DNA of 64,000 nucleotides, from the IMG/VR virus record IMGVR_UViG_3300044655_001189, positions 6,114 to 70,113 of that record; one strand, 5' to 3'. The notes beneath the pieces were generated by a model. That model saw nothing but the letters and a program-made list of their open reading frames with translations. It was not told the origin of the DNA and did no database searches. The translations under genes and the position numbers were made by a program. Positions 35,628 to 48,300 of this stretch are shown in pieces (positions within the stretch are counted from its first letter, which is position 1; the number at the start of each line of letters is the position of its first letter). Source of the DNA: a virus.

Positions 35628-37816
35628 TGATACAAGGACCTACTCCCAAAGAACGATATGCTGCATTACTCGCTAAAGCGAGAAGTGGCAAGCTCCCATT
35701 TAACCAACAGCAGTTAAAGGAGATTTTTCAAAAGATTGTAATCACAAAGAATAATACACCTGCTCAAGCAGCAGCTAGTGTAGATCAAGCTTTTACCACT
35801 CTGGATAAGATGCTTGAGAACTATCAAGGTTCTATTGATAAACTTGGCACCAGTGAAGTGTCAAATCATTCCGCAGATGCTATCAAAAACAGCTACCAAC
35901 TGAATGACAAATGGGCTAAATATTTTGACGAGAATGACATCAGCTCCGAAGAGTTTACTATAGACAATCTCAAGGAACTAACCATAGAAAAATTAGAAGC
36001 GTATGTCAATCATGCGAATGACCTAAACGCCTATGGCAAATCAAAAGGGGTTGCTGCTGAATTTAATGTAGGTAAAGGGCAGGTAATAGCAAAATCTGTG
36101 CCTAGTATGCCACGGGCAGAGCGATTGGCTGCTGTATCTGATTTTAAGTTGATAGAAGCGGAAAGAAAAGATGCTGCGCGTAAGGTTTTAAAGCCCGGTA
36201 TCATTTCAGATGCAAGAGCGTGGCTGAGTGACAATTACAATGTGGCTCAATCATTAGAGGGTGCCAAAGAAGCTGGTGCGATAGCATTGAGTATAGAAAT
36301 AAGAAGAGGTGCAATTACCAAAGAACAATATTTATCTAAACTTGAGGACCTTGAAAACGGAGTCAAACTTGGTAAAGATGGTTCGTTAGATGCCATAAAA
36401 GCTTATAGACAAAAACCAGTATCAGAGCGAATTAAAGGGGGCAGCCAAAAAATTACAGAAGCATTGCTAAAGGAAAGGGCAGCTGACAATGCTGAAACAA
36501 AAAAACTTTTAGAAGAACATTATGCAGCAGAAGCGCAAGCTCCATTAACGATTAAGCCTACACCTGCACAAGCATCTGCACAAGCATCTGCACAGGCGGC
36601 AAGTGCACCAGCATCTACTCCAACTGTGACTGAACCTGTTGCCGCTACTGCTGCGCCATTACAAAAAGAAACAATTGAGCCGTTACCCGTATCAGGTACT
36701 GTACCACAAATAGCAAGCATACCTACAGAAGCTTTACCTGCACCATTACGCCCACCATTATCAACAAAAAATTTACAAGTACAAACCCCAGGAGTATCTT
36801 CTCGTCAAGCTGCATTAGCAGAAGCTAAGAATGCTGCTGGCCAAGTACAAGATAAAGTCACAGGGCAATGGCATGATAAGACCTCTGCCGAAGGGCAGAA
36901 GATAATGGCCGCGTACAATACGGCTAATGCAGCCAATGCAGCACAGACAGCAGCACAAACTCCATCACCACAAGGAGGTAGAGGAGGACAAGGACAAGGA
37001 GGTGGAGGAGGTGGTGGAGCAGGTGGAGCAGGTGGAGCAGAAGCTAACCCTGAACAAATGAGAGGACAGTTTCAAGATGTACTGGATGCAATGAAGCGTG
37101 GTGACACTAAAGGAAGTATTCTAAATGCTGCATCATTCCTACAGGACTTCACAGGAATGATAGCAGGACTGAATCAAATGGGTGATTCACAGCTTGAGGA
37201 CTATGCACCATCAAAGTATCTGAATGAAATGGTGCGTGTCACGCGCAACATGGTAGAAACAGGAACGCCAGAGATTGCAGAAGAACAACGAAGAGCTGAT
37301 GTAAGAAGAGGACTAGATGTTGATTTGGGCGTTGTTAAGCAAGCAGCAGGTGGAAGTGGTGGTGCAGTTCTCGGTACACGCTTTCAATCTATCAGAGATT
37401 ACAATGATGCATTAGCTAAAGTATCGGTAGAAGATATGGAAGCTAAGTTTCGTGCTATGCCATTATACGTGGACGCACTAGGTCAAATGGAAACAGCTCA
37501 CAAAGAGCGATATGCCAAGCGTTATGAAATGGAACTGGCTAGGCAGAATGCTGCTGCAGACCTAGTAAGTGGCAGCATAAAGAACATGCACAATGCAGCA
37601 CAAATGGAGCAATACTATGGTGCTGGCAGTGTTAACGCTGTACTTAAATGGGCAGATGCTACTAAGATTGCCAAGGAACGTGACCAGATGGTAGTAGGTG
37701 GTAATCAGTTGATGGAACAGTTGCCGGGTCCAACTCAAGGTGTTATACCTAGTACTTACACAGGAGGGTCGGGTGTAAATCAAAGTCCTATTGTAAATAA
37801 AGTTGGTGGAGGATAA
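35627..37816 (+). CDS. putative ejected cargo protein
   Basis: 729 aa, helical with low-complexity linkers. Confidence 0.55.
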   Translation: MIQGPTPKERYAALLAKARSGKLPFNQQQLKEIFQKIVITKNNTPAQAAASVDQAFTTLDKMLENYQGSIDKLGTSEVSNHSADAIKNSYQLNDKWAKYFDENDISSEEFTIDNLKELTIEKLEAYVNHANDLNAYGKSKGVAAEFNVGKGQVIAKSVPSMPRAERLAAVSDFKLIEAERKDAARKVLKPGIISDARAWLSDNYNVAQSLEGAKEAGAIALSIEIRRGAITKEQYLSKLEDLENGVKLGKDGSLDAIKAYRQKPVSERIKGGSQKITEALLKERAADNAETKKLLEEHYAAEAQAPLTIKPTPAQASAQASAQAASAPASTPTVTEPVAATAAPLQKETIEPLPVSGTVPQIASIPTEALPAPLRPPLSTKNLQVQTPGVSSRQAALAEAKNAAGQVQDKVTGQWHDKTSAEGQKIMAAYNTANAANAAQTAAQTPSPQGGRGGQGQGGGGGGGAGGAGGAEANPEQMRGQFQDVLDAMKRGDTKGSILNAASFLQDFTGMIAGLNQMGDSQLEDYAPSKYLNEMVRVTRNMVETGTPEIAEEQRRADVRRGLDVDLGVVKQAAGGSGGAVLGTRFQSIRDYNDALAKVSVEDMEAKFRAMPLYVDALGQMETAHKERYAKRYEMELARQNAAADLVSGSIKNMHNAAQMEQYYGAGSVNAVLKWADATKIAKERDQMVVGGNQLMEQLPGPTQGVIPSTYTGGSGVNQSPIVNKVGGG

Positions 37817-37830
37817 TTAAATCAAAAGTC

Positions 37831-39297
37831 ATGATAAATCAAGGAGCTAGAACTCGTGCAATGAATGTGGAAAAGGATTTCTCCATTGCACTACAAGGTC
37901 AACGTGACCAACGTGAAGCACTCAATCGTGCTCAAGACGAAACTAGAAAAGACCAATTGGAATACGATGCTTTCTCCAAAGAGATAGCTGACCAAATGGG
38001 TCAATTCGGTAAGCTTGATATGCTTGAGAATGATGTGGCCGCTATTCGTGGCGTAGAAAAAAGTGCTAGAAGTAAAGTAGCTGAATTGCTCCGTAAGCAT
38101 GGTGGTGATGTACGTGCATTCATGCGTGCAGGTGGAGGTAGAAGTGCATTAGCCAATTATGCTTCTACAATCAAGAATAGCAAAGAGTACGGTAGTGGTG
38201 TATTCAATGCGCAAACATTTGACCTGATAAACAAAGCTGTAGAGAAAGGTGAGATACCGCATTATACCGATATAGGTACACCTGACAAACCAAATGAGAT
38301 TCCTATGCAAGAAGCTGTGAAGCTGCTAGCAATGGGTAAGATTCCTAGAATATCGTGGAATGGTTCATTTAAGCCTAAACAGATTTCTGATATAGCAGAT
38401 ATGACGAGGAATATCGTAAATCAAAGTGCTAATCCAAGAGAAGCTACTGATAACGAAGTGAGAGCAATGTACCGTTCTTTAAACATGCCTGACCATTGGG
38501 TGGAGTCCGAAGTTGCTAAATACATAAAAGAGTTTTATGGAAAAGGCACTAAAAATCCTTTATGGATTGACGGTAATCAGGGTTTACGTCAAATAAGAGA
38601 GAACGATAAGAATCGTGCAGCTAGTGCTGCTGAGCTAGAGAAGCGTTTAGCTGCAAAACCACAGGGTATTTCTCCGCGTGCGCTTGTGCTTAACAGTCCT
38701 ATGGGCTGGACGGATTTTAATGGTGATGCAGCAGCATTATACAAAGCAGAACCGTTAGCAACAAACATTCAATATAAACGATTCCATGACGTAAAGAATG
38801 ACCCTATAACTGCAACGGGTATGCAGGTGGGATATAGACCAGAAGATGCTATAGTTATATCTAAAGACGGTAAATTACGCGCAATAAATCTTAATGGTAA
38901 TGCAACGCCTACAGCTAAATTACTTGGGGGTATAGGTGGTAGTGATTCCCTACGAGCAAAGGTGATGGAAAACTCCTTTGACACAAAAAAACAATATCCA
39001 GATGAAGCAAATACAATCAAAAATTTTACTGGTGAAATAATGAAAGTTGATTTACCGCCAAGTAAAGGTGGGCCAGTATATTATACAAAAGCTATAATCA
39101 CCACTTATCCCGGTCATATAACAGCTGAATGGTTCAAACATACAGGACGCTCATCGGCTATCGGTAAAAGTGCTACAAATGAAGAGTACGAAGTGTGGTT
39201 GCCAATGAAAACGACTGCTGCTGATGAACTTGCACAAGTAGACCAAGTCGCTGCGCTAGGAAGTCAACAGACTAATTCACAACAGCAAGCGTACTAA
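37831..39297 (+). CDS. putative ejected cargo protein
   Basis: 488 aa with an N-terminal coiled coil, just upstream of the RNA polymerase. Confidence 0.55.
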   Translation: MINQGARTRAMNVEKDFSIALQGQRDQREALNRAQDETRKDQLEYDAFSKEIADQMGQFGKLDMLENDVAAIRGVEKSARSKVAELLRKHGGDVRAFMRAGGGRSALANYASTIKNSKEYGSGVFNAQTFDLINKAVEKGEIPHYTDIGTPDKPNEIPMQEAVKLLAMGKIPRISWNGSFKPKQISDIADMTRNIVNQSANPREATDNEVRAMYRSLNMPDHWVESEVAKYIKEFYGKGTKNPLWIDGNQGLRQIRENDKNRAASAAELEKRLAAKPQGISPRALVLNSPMGWTDFNGDAAALYKAEPLATNIQYKRFHDVKNDPITATGMQVGYRPEDAIVISKDGKLRAINLNGNATPTAKLLGGIGGSDSLRAKVMENSFDTKKQYPDEANTIKNFTGEIMKVDLPPSKGGPVYYTKAIITTYPGHITAEWFKHTGRSSAIGKSATNEEYEVWLPMKTTAADELAQVDQVAALGSQQTNSQQQAY

Positions 39298-39349
39298 ACC
39301 TAATGTTTAATTTCATCTTAGCTTTGGGGCACACTAAGACCTTAAAGCT

Positions 39350-42300
39350 ATGGATGAAGAAATGTTGCAACAGTTACTTGCCGAGCAAGCTGCTCAAGAA
39401 GGACAAGTACAATCTCAAGGACAACCTGTTGCTGCACAGGTAGCCCAACCTACTCAAGCGGTGGGTACACAAATAAGTCCAATGACTAACCCTTTTCTAT
39501 CCCCACAAAGGAAGGAGAGGGTTTTGTCTAATACATGGATGGACCATGTCGTTGACGACCCTATCAGTTCTGCTAAGGGTACACCTGATGAAGAGTCTGT
39601 TCGTTCCTTAAGCGATGAAGAGATAGCACAGCGCTTAGAGTTCTTTGCCAATCCTTCTAGCAATCCACAATGGATGGAGGAAATGAAAAAAGACTCCGTA
39701 GGTTTTGATAGAGCGCGTAATGCTTCGATTGAAGAAGCTGCGCGTAGAGCAAATGAAAAAACTGGCGAACAGAAAGACCCTAATGATTTCTGGAAGGAAT
39801 ACAATGGTCAGTATGATACTGAACCTATGGGTAAAAAAGAACAGGACAAGCGCAAACTTGATACCTACTCTGCCAAGATGAAAGAGCAAGGCTCTTCTGA
39901 TGAAGAAGTCGGAAACTTAGAATCTATGTGGAATGAATTAAAGAAAGCTAAAACAGGGGTAGATTTAATACCTCATGCTTTAATTAACGGCTTGACAGGG
40001 GTAGTAGAACAGGGCCATGATTTATACTTACATGGCGTTTCGTTAATAGCTGGTTTTACTCCGAGGGAAACCTTAACCTATAAAGCCGTAATGATGGGTG
40101 GAGCCACCGATAAGTTTATGGAAACAGGTGACCGCAAAGACTTACAGGCAGATAAGTATGACCGTTTTAGAGCGAGTTTAACCGAATACATGAATCAGGA
40201 AAATGAAAGAGTAGGTGCATTACCTACAAAAACATTTATTGCTTCTGCAAAAAAAGATGATTTCGTAGGGTCTTTGGTTGCAGGTTTTGGGGGTACTATG
40301 GGTCTTGTACCATCTGCTATTGTTGGCGTTGGAACAATGGGATGGGGCATGGAACCATATATGGCAGGTATGGCAGAAGCCGATAAGGTTACCAACTCTC
40401 GGTTAGCCACAGGAAAAGAAATAGCTGATGCATATCGTGATGGTGACAACGACCAACTTATGTCATGGACAACTAGCATGATCGTTGGTTTTACCGAAAA
40501 ACTAGGTTTGAAAAAATTAGGAAAAAGCATAGAGGAAGCGTTTAGCAGTAAAACATTAAAGGATAAAGCAATTCGATTCCTAAGTGATTCTGGCATCCAA
40601 GGTGCTACTGAAACATTTCAAGGCGGTATAGAACACGTTGGTACGGCTTACAATGAAATCAAATTAGCCAATCCTGAAATGAGTGATGCGGAAGCTATGG
40701 CTAGAGCGGTCAAGGAAGGGGCATTATGGTACGGCTCTGGCGAAGCATTTGAAACATTTGCTACTACTGCATTAGGCGTATCATACATGACTGGTGCTTC
40801 ACATGTTGCAGGTAAAGCGTGGAGAAAAGCTACTGAAACTCAAGAGCAAAAACTAGCTGCTAAACTTGACGACCCAAATGTATCAGAAGCTAGTAAGACA
40901 ATCCTTCGTGACAAGTTTAATCAGTTAAGACAACAAGCATCTGCTGAGTACCAACAAGAGCGAACCATTTTCAAATCATTATCTCAAGAAGAGCAAACAG
41001 AACTAGGTTCTTTAGCGAAAACAATTAAAGTGCAAGAAGAGATATTAGCTGAACAAGACCTTGATGATGATGCAAAACAAATTGCAGAACAAAGAATAGG
41101 TGAAACATTAGCTCGTATAGATGCAATTAAAGCGCCTATCAAAGAGCAACTATTAGAGAAGGATAAAGAGAAGCTTCGTAGCATGGGAGTTTATACTGTA
41201 CCAATGGTTGATGGTGTACTAGACCCGACTGCTAAAACACAACTTCATACAGAAGAAGAACAAAAAATTGCTGCAAAAGCCATTGACGAGATTGTTCAGA
41301 CAGGCATAAAAGAGAAGTTGCCTGCGAAACAAATAGCTGCAAACATAGAAGCAGCTGGTCACATGGTAGGTGATGGAATATTGTTCACTACTCAAGAGTA
41401 TGTGGAAATGGCTACGACTAAAGCATTGCCATCACTGACAGAAGCATTTGACGGGAAAGTAACTGCAAAAGAAGTTTCTAATACTGATACGACTACTACA
41501 ACCGAATCTACATCTGAATCTACGGATGATACACTCAAGCCGTTTACAGAGTTAGATGCTAGAAATGATGAACTGAATACCTATTTTGATGAAAGGAAAC
41601 GTATAGACGAGATTTATGAATCAGACTGGGATGGTTTATCTGAGGATGAAGCTGATGAACACCGAAATGCCCTAATAGCAAATGAAGAACAACGAGATAT
41701 TCTATTTGAAAAGTACGCTTCTCCGAAAGAAAAAAAGGAATACGAAAGATTAGTGGCTAAAGAAAAATCCACATTTGAAAATCTAAAAAACAGAGTTGGA
41801 CTTGGAGAAACACGCTATCAGAGGTATCGTAAAGCCAACAATTACAAAGAGTCTGTAATGGACAGGCTATATGATATGACACCTGCTCGTGCCACATCAA
41901 CTGAAAGCACAACAGAAGCTACTCCAACAGCAACAGAGCCAGTAGCAGTTACTCCAACTCCAACTGAAAAAGAATTAAGAGATAATATTGTAATAGCTGA
42001 TATTGAAAAAAGAAGAAAAGAAGCTTTAGCTGCCAATGTTAAATTGACTGAATTAACAGGTGGAGCTATAGGCGGAGAAAAAGATTTTGCTGACCAACTC
42101 AATGCTAAATTCGATGCGGAAATAGATGCTGTAACATCAAGTCAGTCTACATCAAAAGCTGATGAAGTAATGGCTGCTGCCAAAGCTGCTATTGAAAGAG
42201 AGCGCGAGGTAGATGATTTACCTTTTGGGGCAAGTGGGAATGATGTTTTTGAAAGTGATAAGGGCAATAAAGAAGGTGATAAAAAGGGTGATACAGTTTC

Positions 42301-45300
42301 CGAATCAAATAAGGAAAGTGAGGCTACGCCTACTGCCAGTGAAGATTCTAAGGCTAAATCCGAATCCAAGTCCGAGTCAAATAAAAAAGCTGAACCTGTA
42401 GTTAAAAAGAAAGCACCTGCTAAGAAAGTTTCCAAACCTAAAGCACCTGCGAAACCTAAAGCTGCAAAGAAGCCTAAAACCACAAAGAAACCTACGACCA
42501 AGCAAAAAGAAGCTGCCCCAACTGTAACGGAAGAAGTTGCACCAGTAACTGAATTACCTACTGATCCAGAAGCGCGCAAAGCAGCCATCATAGCGCGTAA
42601 AGCAGAGATATTTAAAAGCATTAAAGACCGTTGGTTACCTGATAAAGAAAATCAAACATTTAACATCATAGCCGCTGGACCTGAAGAGAATTTAGCTGAA
42701 ATGAAAAAGGATGTTGATGCTATTATTGAATTGGCGAAGTTGAGTATAGAGGAAATGGGAATGACTCTTCAAGAATTTGTGGATGAAATGGTGGTAGCCT
42801 TTGGAAAAAAATTGCCAAACATCACACAGCTTGCTACTGATGTTTACAATAGCGTAAGTCTAGGTTCTGATACAGTAAGGAATGAAGTTGATGTATTGAT
42901 TGACGAGTTTCTGAATGCTGAACCAACAATAGAAACTGAATCGGGTCAGGTGTTGCCTGTAGGTGAAAATCCAGAGCAGCGCACATTACGCTCTTCTATT
43001 TTGGCAATAGCAGATAGAGCTATGCTCGCAGGTGGAGAATGGTTACGCGAAAAAGACTTTCAGAAGATTGGGTCAAAAGGTAGAATGAGATACTTCTTTG
43101 ACAATCCCAAAGCGTATATCGTTATGAATGCCCTTGATGGTTATTCAAGGAATTTGAAGGGCTACTCATTCATGAAAACTCTTCTGACCAAAGACGAAGC
43201 AATGAACATCATGCAGAATTTCGTTGAGGAAATTGACAAGATGGAAGAGCGTACTGGCTTTAAGCTAGACGGTAAAAAAATCAAAGAGCCTAATTATGGT
43301 GATGTCAATACGGTTGTTCAAGGTTTCTTTAAGGAATTTGAAGCTGCTTGGAAAGATAAAGACCCTGAGAGCTATGCAATCTTTGACAAGTATTCAAAGC
43401 TTATAGCTGGAATACCTAGCATTAAACCATCATACGCAATGGCAGGGCCAAATGAATGGTCAGACCTTGGGTTGAAACGCCTTGTGACGGGATTGTTCAG
43501 TGAAGATGGAATGCTATTAAATCCTGATGTTATTACCCAAACTATACAAGGTATTGCTGCTAGTGTGCCACGCGGTGGAGGTAATAAAGGATTCATCGCA
43601 GCCATGCGTAAAGTGGCCTATGGAGCAGAAGGAGAGCAGCAAGTTATAGCTATGCGAATGCTTGACAGAATTGGCGCTTTAGTTGACCTTGATTCAGCGC
43701 AGATAAACAATAGCGGTGAGCTTAAAGCTATCTTCAACACGTTAGCAAATATGGGTACTGACCAAATTGTAGTGAGCGTATTTGGTAGTGATGGCATGGT
43801 GCGCAGGGAAATAATGAATGTCGCCATTTCCGCCAAAGAATTAGTTTCAAATCTGGTAGGAAAGCTAGACACATACCTTACTCAAGCAAGGGCTGTGAGT
43901 GCGTTTAATTCATTGATACGTGAGTATAAAAACATCAGCAAAGAAGTCACCCATCAAATTGCAAATCAAGGAGCACTTACCCCAGAACAAGATATTGACT
44001 ATGCAAAACGCTTATTGAATTTATACCATGAACGAATCATAAAACCGTATGGTGGGCTATACAATGTAGACAATAGCTATGTAGATGGAGTGGTGAAATC
44101 GCTAAGCATGAAAAATTCTACTAAACCAGTATGGGTTCAAGCTGCAGGGATGATTCAAGTGTTGGACAATAGCAATGTTCGAGATAAATTAAGCAATGGC
44201 AAAGTAGTCGATGTATTGTCAGAGTCCAGCAGTTACTTCAATTTAATTTCACAATCCATTGTAAACCGTCAGGCAAATGCAACTACATGGAGAAATGCTG
44301 ATGGTGAGAATGTAACTGCACAAGGGCCTAAAGACCACGTTACTTTGGTTACAGATTCTATGTTGATACCTACAGAGGAAGGTGGTACTACACCAGCACA
44401 GAAGATGCTGAAACTACCTTTTTACAAAAACAATCCTATTCTAAAATTTTGGAATAAGGGAACTACAACAGGTCGGCAATTATGGACAGAAGGTAACTTC
44501 AAAAAGCAATTTAGTATAGAGCTGGATAAGATGGGTTCCTCTGGCGTATTAGCGGATAACCTGATGGCATTCTTTGACAACACAAAGGAGAGCTACAAGC
44601 ACATGTATATGCTCAATGGTGACCGTATGAGAAGATATGTGTTCGATGCTCCACTTCTTTCGTTTCAAGAAATTGGCGATCACTTTGGGTTGACTAATGG
44701 TAAGTTCGACCCTACTACAGCTATTGTAAAACAGTTTGAGCAACGAGCTGCAAATGCATTAGCAGGTGGTGATGTGCAGCTTAATGCGGAAGGTTTGGAT
44801 AGGCTCAATTCTACATACCACATTAAATTCAAAATTGAGAATGGAAAGTTTGTAGCTGATGGCGAATTAACCAATAGTGCTAGACAAGCAAACATCAATG
44901 CACTAACTGAAAAATTCAGAGAATTGAATAAGCATCCTGTCCAGTATGAAGGAATGCAACTACGGTATATGGATGCAGTACTGGCAATGGCAGCTAAAAA
45001 TCCTAAGCTGGCTGAACTACTAAATCCTAACCAAGCCTATGATTCACGGTTGCGTAAACTTGCTGCGCTGTATGAAGGAAACAACAGTATCAATGAGCTT
45101 GCATTAAGTGATGTCTTGGTTGGTGACTTGATTAACCTACGTCCGGGCGCGAAGGGAATGAAGGATGCTAAGAGTCAATCAACGGGTGGTATGAATGTGT
45201 CAGCTACAGTCGGCCCATTCTACATCGTTACATTAAAAGAGTTCCCTGGAATGGACTCTGGTTCATTTATGAATGCGCACATGAGTGAAGCTGCAGGTCA

Positions 45301-48300
45301 GGGTGTCATTAACGGACTAGGGCCAAACATTAAGATTGGCTTCTTTGGAGTGGTTCGAAATGGCTTAAAGACTGGACATGGCCTTGCATATAAAATGGCT
45401 ACCATGAATGCGGTGCGAGGTAAAGACGGTAAGAACAAAATGGAGTATGACCATGGAGATTCTGACCAGTACGCTAAACTAGCGCGTTTAATGGATAGGA
45501 TAGAAGCTGAAATTACTGCTAAGAATACCAGTGACGTTAAACCACGCATTCTATTCATGCCACCAACTTCTCAGAAGGTACAGCCATATAAGACAACGCC
45601 AATCGACCTTTCTACTTACAACGATGACTTTGTTCTAAATGAATCTCATTTTCAAAAGGTAACACCAGAAACACATACAGTCAATTTCAATATCAATAAT
45701 GATATGACTGATGGCGCTCGTTCTAAATCACAACTTGTGCAAATGCTTTCTATCATTCAAGAAGCTGTTGATGGACAAGACTTGGCTATACGTGAAGCAT
45801 TCCTTAACAAATTCCATTCAAAAATGGTTGACGTTATGAAGGAGCAAATGAAGGAAGGTTTTAATACTGACCCTGATGTTCTAGCTAAACAATTGATAGA
45901 GCAAGTTTTTGGAAACGATATGTCATTCAGTTCAAAAGCTGCACTACAGCATTTGAAAAATCTATTTGAGGACCCGAATATTACACACCATATTGAAGAT
46001 GAAAATCTATTTGGCACAGCACTAGGTAAGCTTACCCAAACATTCAATAGGGTGGCTATGACTATGCAATTAGATGGCGGTACGCTGCAAACGTTCCCTG
46101 ACCTTGAAACAGACCCTAACAAAAGGCTTAAATGGAAAGATGCTAATGGTACTGCGTTAATCAATCCAGAGGTAGCTGTACCGCCATCAATGGGTGCTAT
46201 TGGCGACCTAATTATTTTGGCTCGCGTACCATCATCAGGTTCTGAATCGATGTTCGTTGGTAGAATAGTGGGGCACCTGCCAGCAAATGTAAATGGAGTG
46301 AAAGTTCCATTTGAATACTTGCTTAATTCCAACTCCGACCATGATGGAGATATGCTTCATGCGTTTATAGAAAAACAAAGCAAGGCTGCTAAAAAAGCAT
46401 TCGTTGATTTTATGATGAGTACCGAAGCCATGTTGTCGCCAACGTTTCTACAAAGGCGTGACAAGCCATTAACATTGGATCTACTGGATAATGCTTTAAA
46501 TAGAGCTGGCTTGCCGAAGGTTAAGGTTAGCTTGAACTCCGTAATGGGTAGAATGAATATCCTAGATCAGATGAACTCAAGTTCGTCTGCTATTGGAATA
46601 TTTGCCAATGCTAAAAAAGTGTTTACAAACTTGGCTGCATCAGGTAAGAGTACTGTAGAGCCAACTCAAGTTTTAATCAACGGCAAAGTAGAAAATGCTA
46701 AAGCTTACAGTACAAAGAATCTTCCAATGATGGGAGAGCTATTGCAAGCTGCCTTGGATAAGTTCGATAATCTGATGCTGTCCAGAATGGGTATTGACAT
46801 GGCGAACATAAATGAGATTGCTCTATTGGCAAACTTAGAAACGCGCAACAACGAAGTAATGAGTTATGACGACATCATAACGCTCTTACAGTCGCCCGAA
46901 ATGAAAGCGTATGTCAAGGGCGTGAATGATTTGATTAGCCCATTTGAAGGTAAGGACACTGCTTGGCCCAAGGATAAAACAAATATCCTAGACCTATTGA
47001 TGTCTAATTCGCAAAACAATGGACTGAACAAAGAAATACTTGGCCTTATTCGTTTAGCGGTTGTTGAAGGTAATCAATTGAATGCAGTGGCATCTATGAC
47101 TAGCTTAGACAAAGGGATGCAGTATGGCATGGGTCAAGTGTTGCACGTACTAGATATGTACAATGCATTAGAAGCAGGTAAAACGGGCTATCTTCAATTA
47201 TTTAAAAACGCATTGGGCAAACATCATCATGAGGTGTTGGAGCTGTTTGTGAATACAATGAAACAAATGTCATTGTCATTTGGAAATGATGCTGTCAGAG
47301 GAGCGCAAGATATATGGGATGCGCTAGGAATCTATGACCGTAAAGCAAAACATTGGGAAAAGCTTGCGACCATTGGAAACAAAATGCTTAATGCTACGGT
47401 GACCATAAAAAAGTATGACAATCCAGATGCGTTTGTGCAATCTTTTGGAGAGTTTCTATATGGATTGAAGAATGGTAGCGATACCATGTACCCAATCAAT
47501 AGCACTAGCGATACTGAAATTGACCAGATAGCAAATTTACAAGCGATGCAAGAGTTTGCGAATAATGCAAGAGAACAATTGCTGGCAAATAAAACTTCTC
47601 CAAAGTCAAATCCATTGAGCAATACTGCCAAACAAAAATACTTGGCACAAATTTCTGATTATGTGATTGCAAAAAACATGGTGAGCACATTGACAAACAA
47701 TGTATTCATACGAAATCTAACCGTCATTAAAGACAGGAATACAGGAAAGGTTATTGTAAACCTGAGTAGGAATGCGCGACAGTTAAATGGAGTAGATAAG
47801 GCAGCTTTACTTGCAGCGTATGAAAAATTGCCACAACAGTTTAGAGATTCATTGCATGACTTTGCATTGCTAAATACAGGCTCTAAGATTACACCATCTT
47901 CATTGTGGTCGTTACTACCAAATAGTTCAGTAGAACGATACAACGCAGCCACTAAGCTCATCAATGACCAAAAAGAAGGAGCTGCATCAACTCCAACTAC
48001 CGCTAAGAATAATGCTGAGTTTAGCGAAGCGTTAATGATGGAAAGCATGGATATGCTCGGAGCAGTAAGAGTTCCGCAAGGAAAGGTATTCTCTGACATA
48101 TTTAGAACTGTAGCTACTGGCTTAACTCAAGACCAAAAGAATGGTTTAGTTGGTAAATTGAAATCATACTTTCCAAACTCAGCAGAACAGATACTTGCTG
48201 CCAATGGAGAAGTGTTTGAGATAACTCATCCTGCCACGACTATAGGCGCCATGACCAATGGTAAAATGAGTTACAGAGGAACGCCAATGTTGCGCGTGGC

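Noticed and set aside
36560-37040. Tandem repeats (TGCACAAGCATC, GGAGCAGGT)
   Set aside because: They encode AQAS and Gly-rich low-complexity linkers within a cargo protein.
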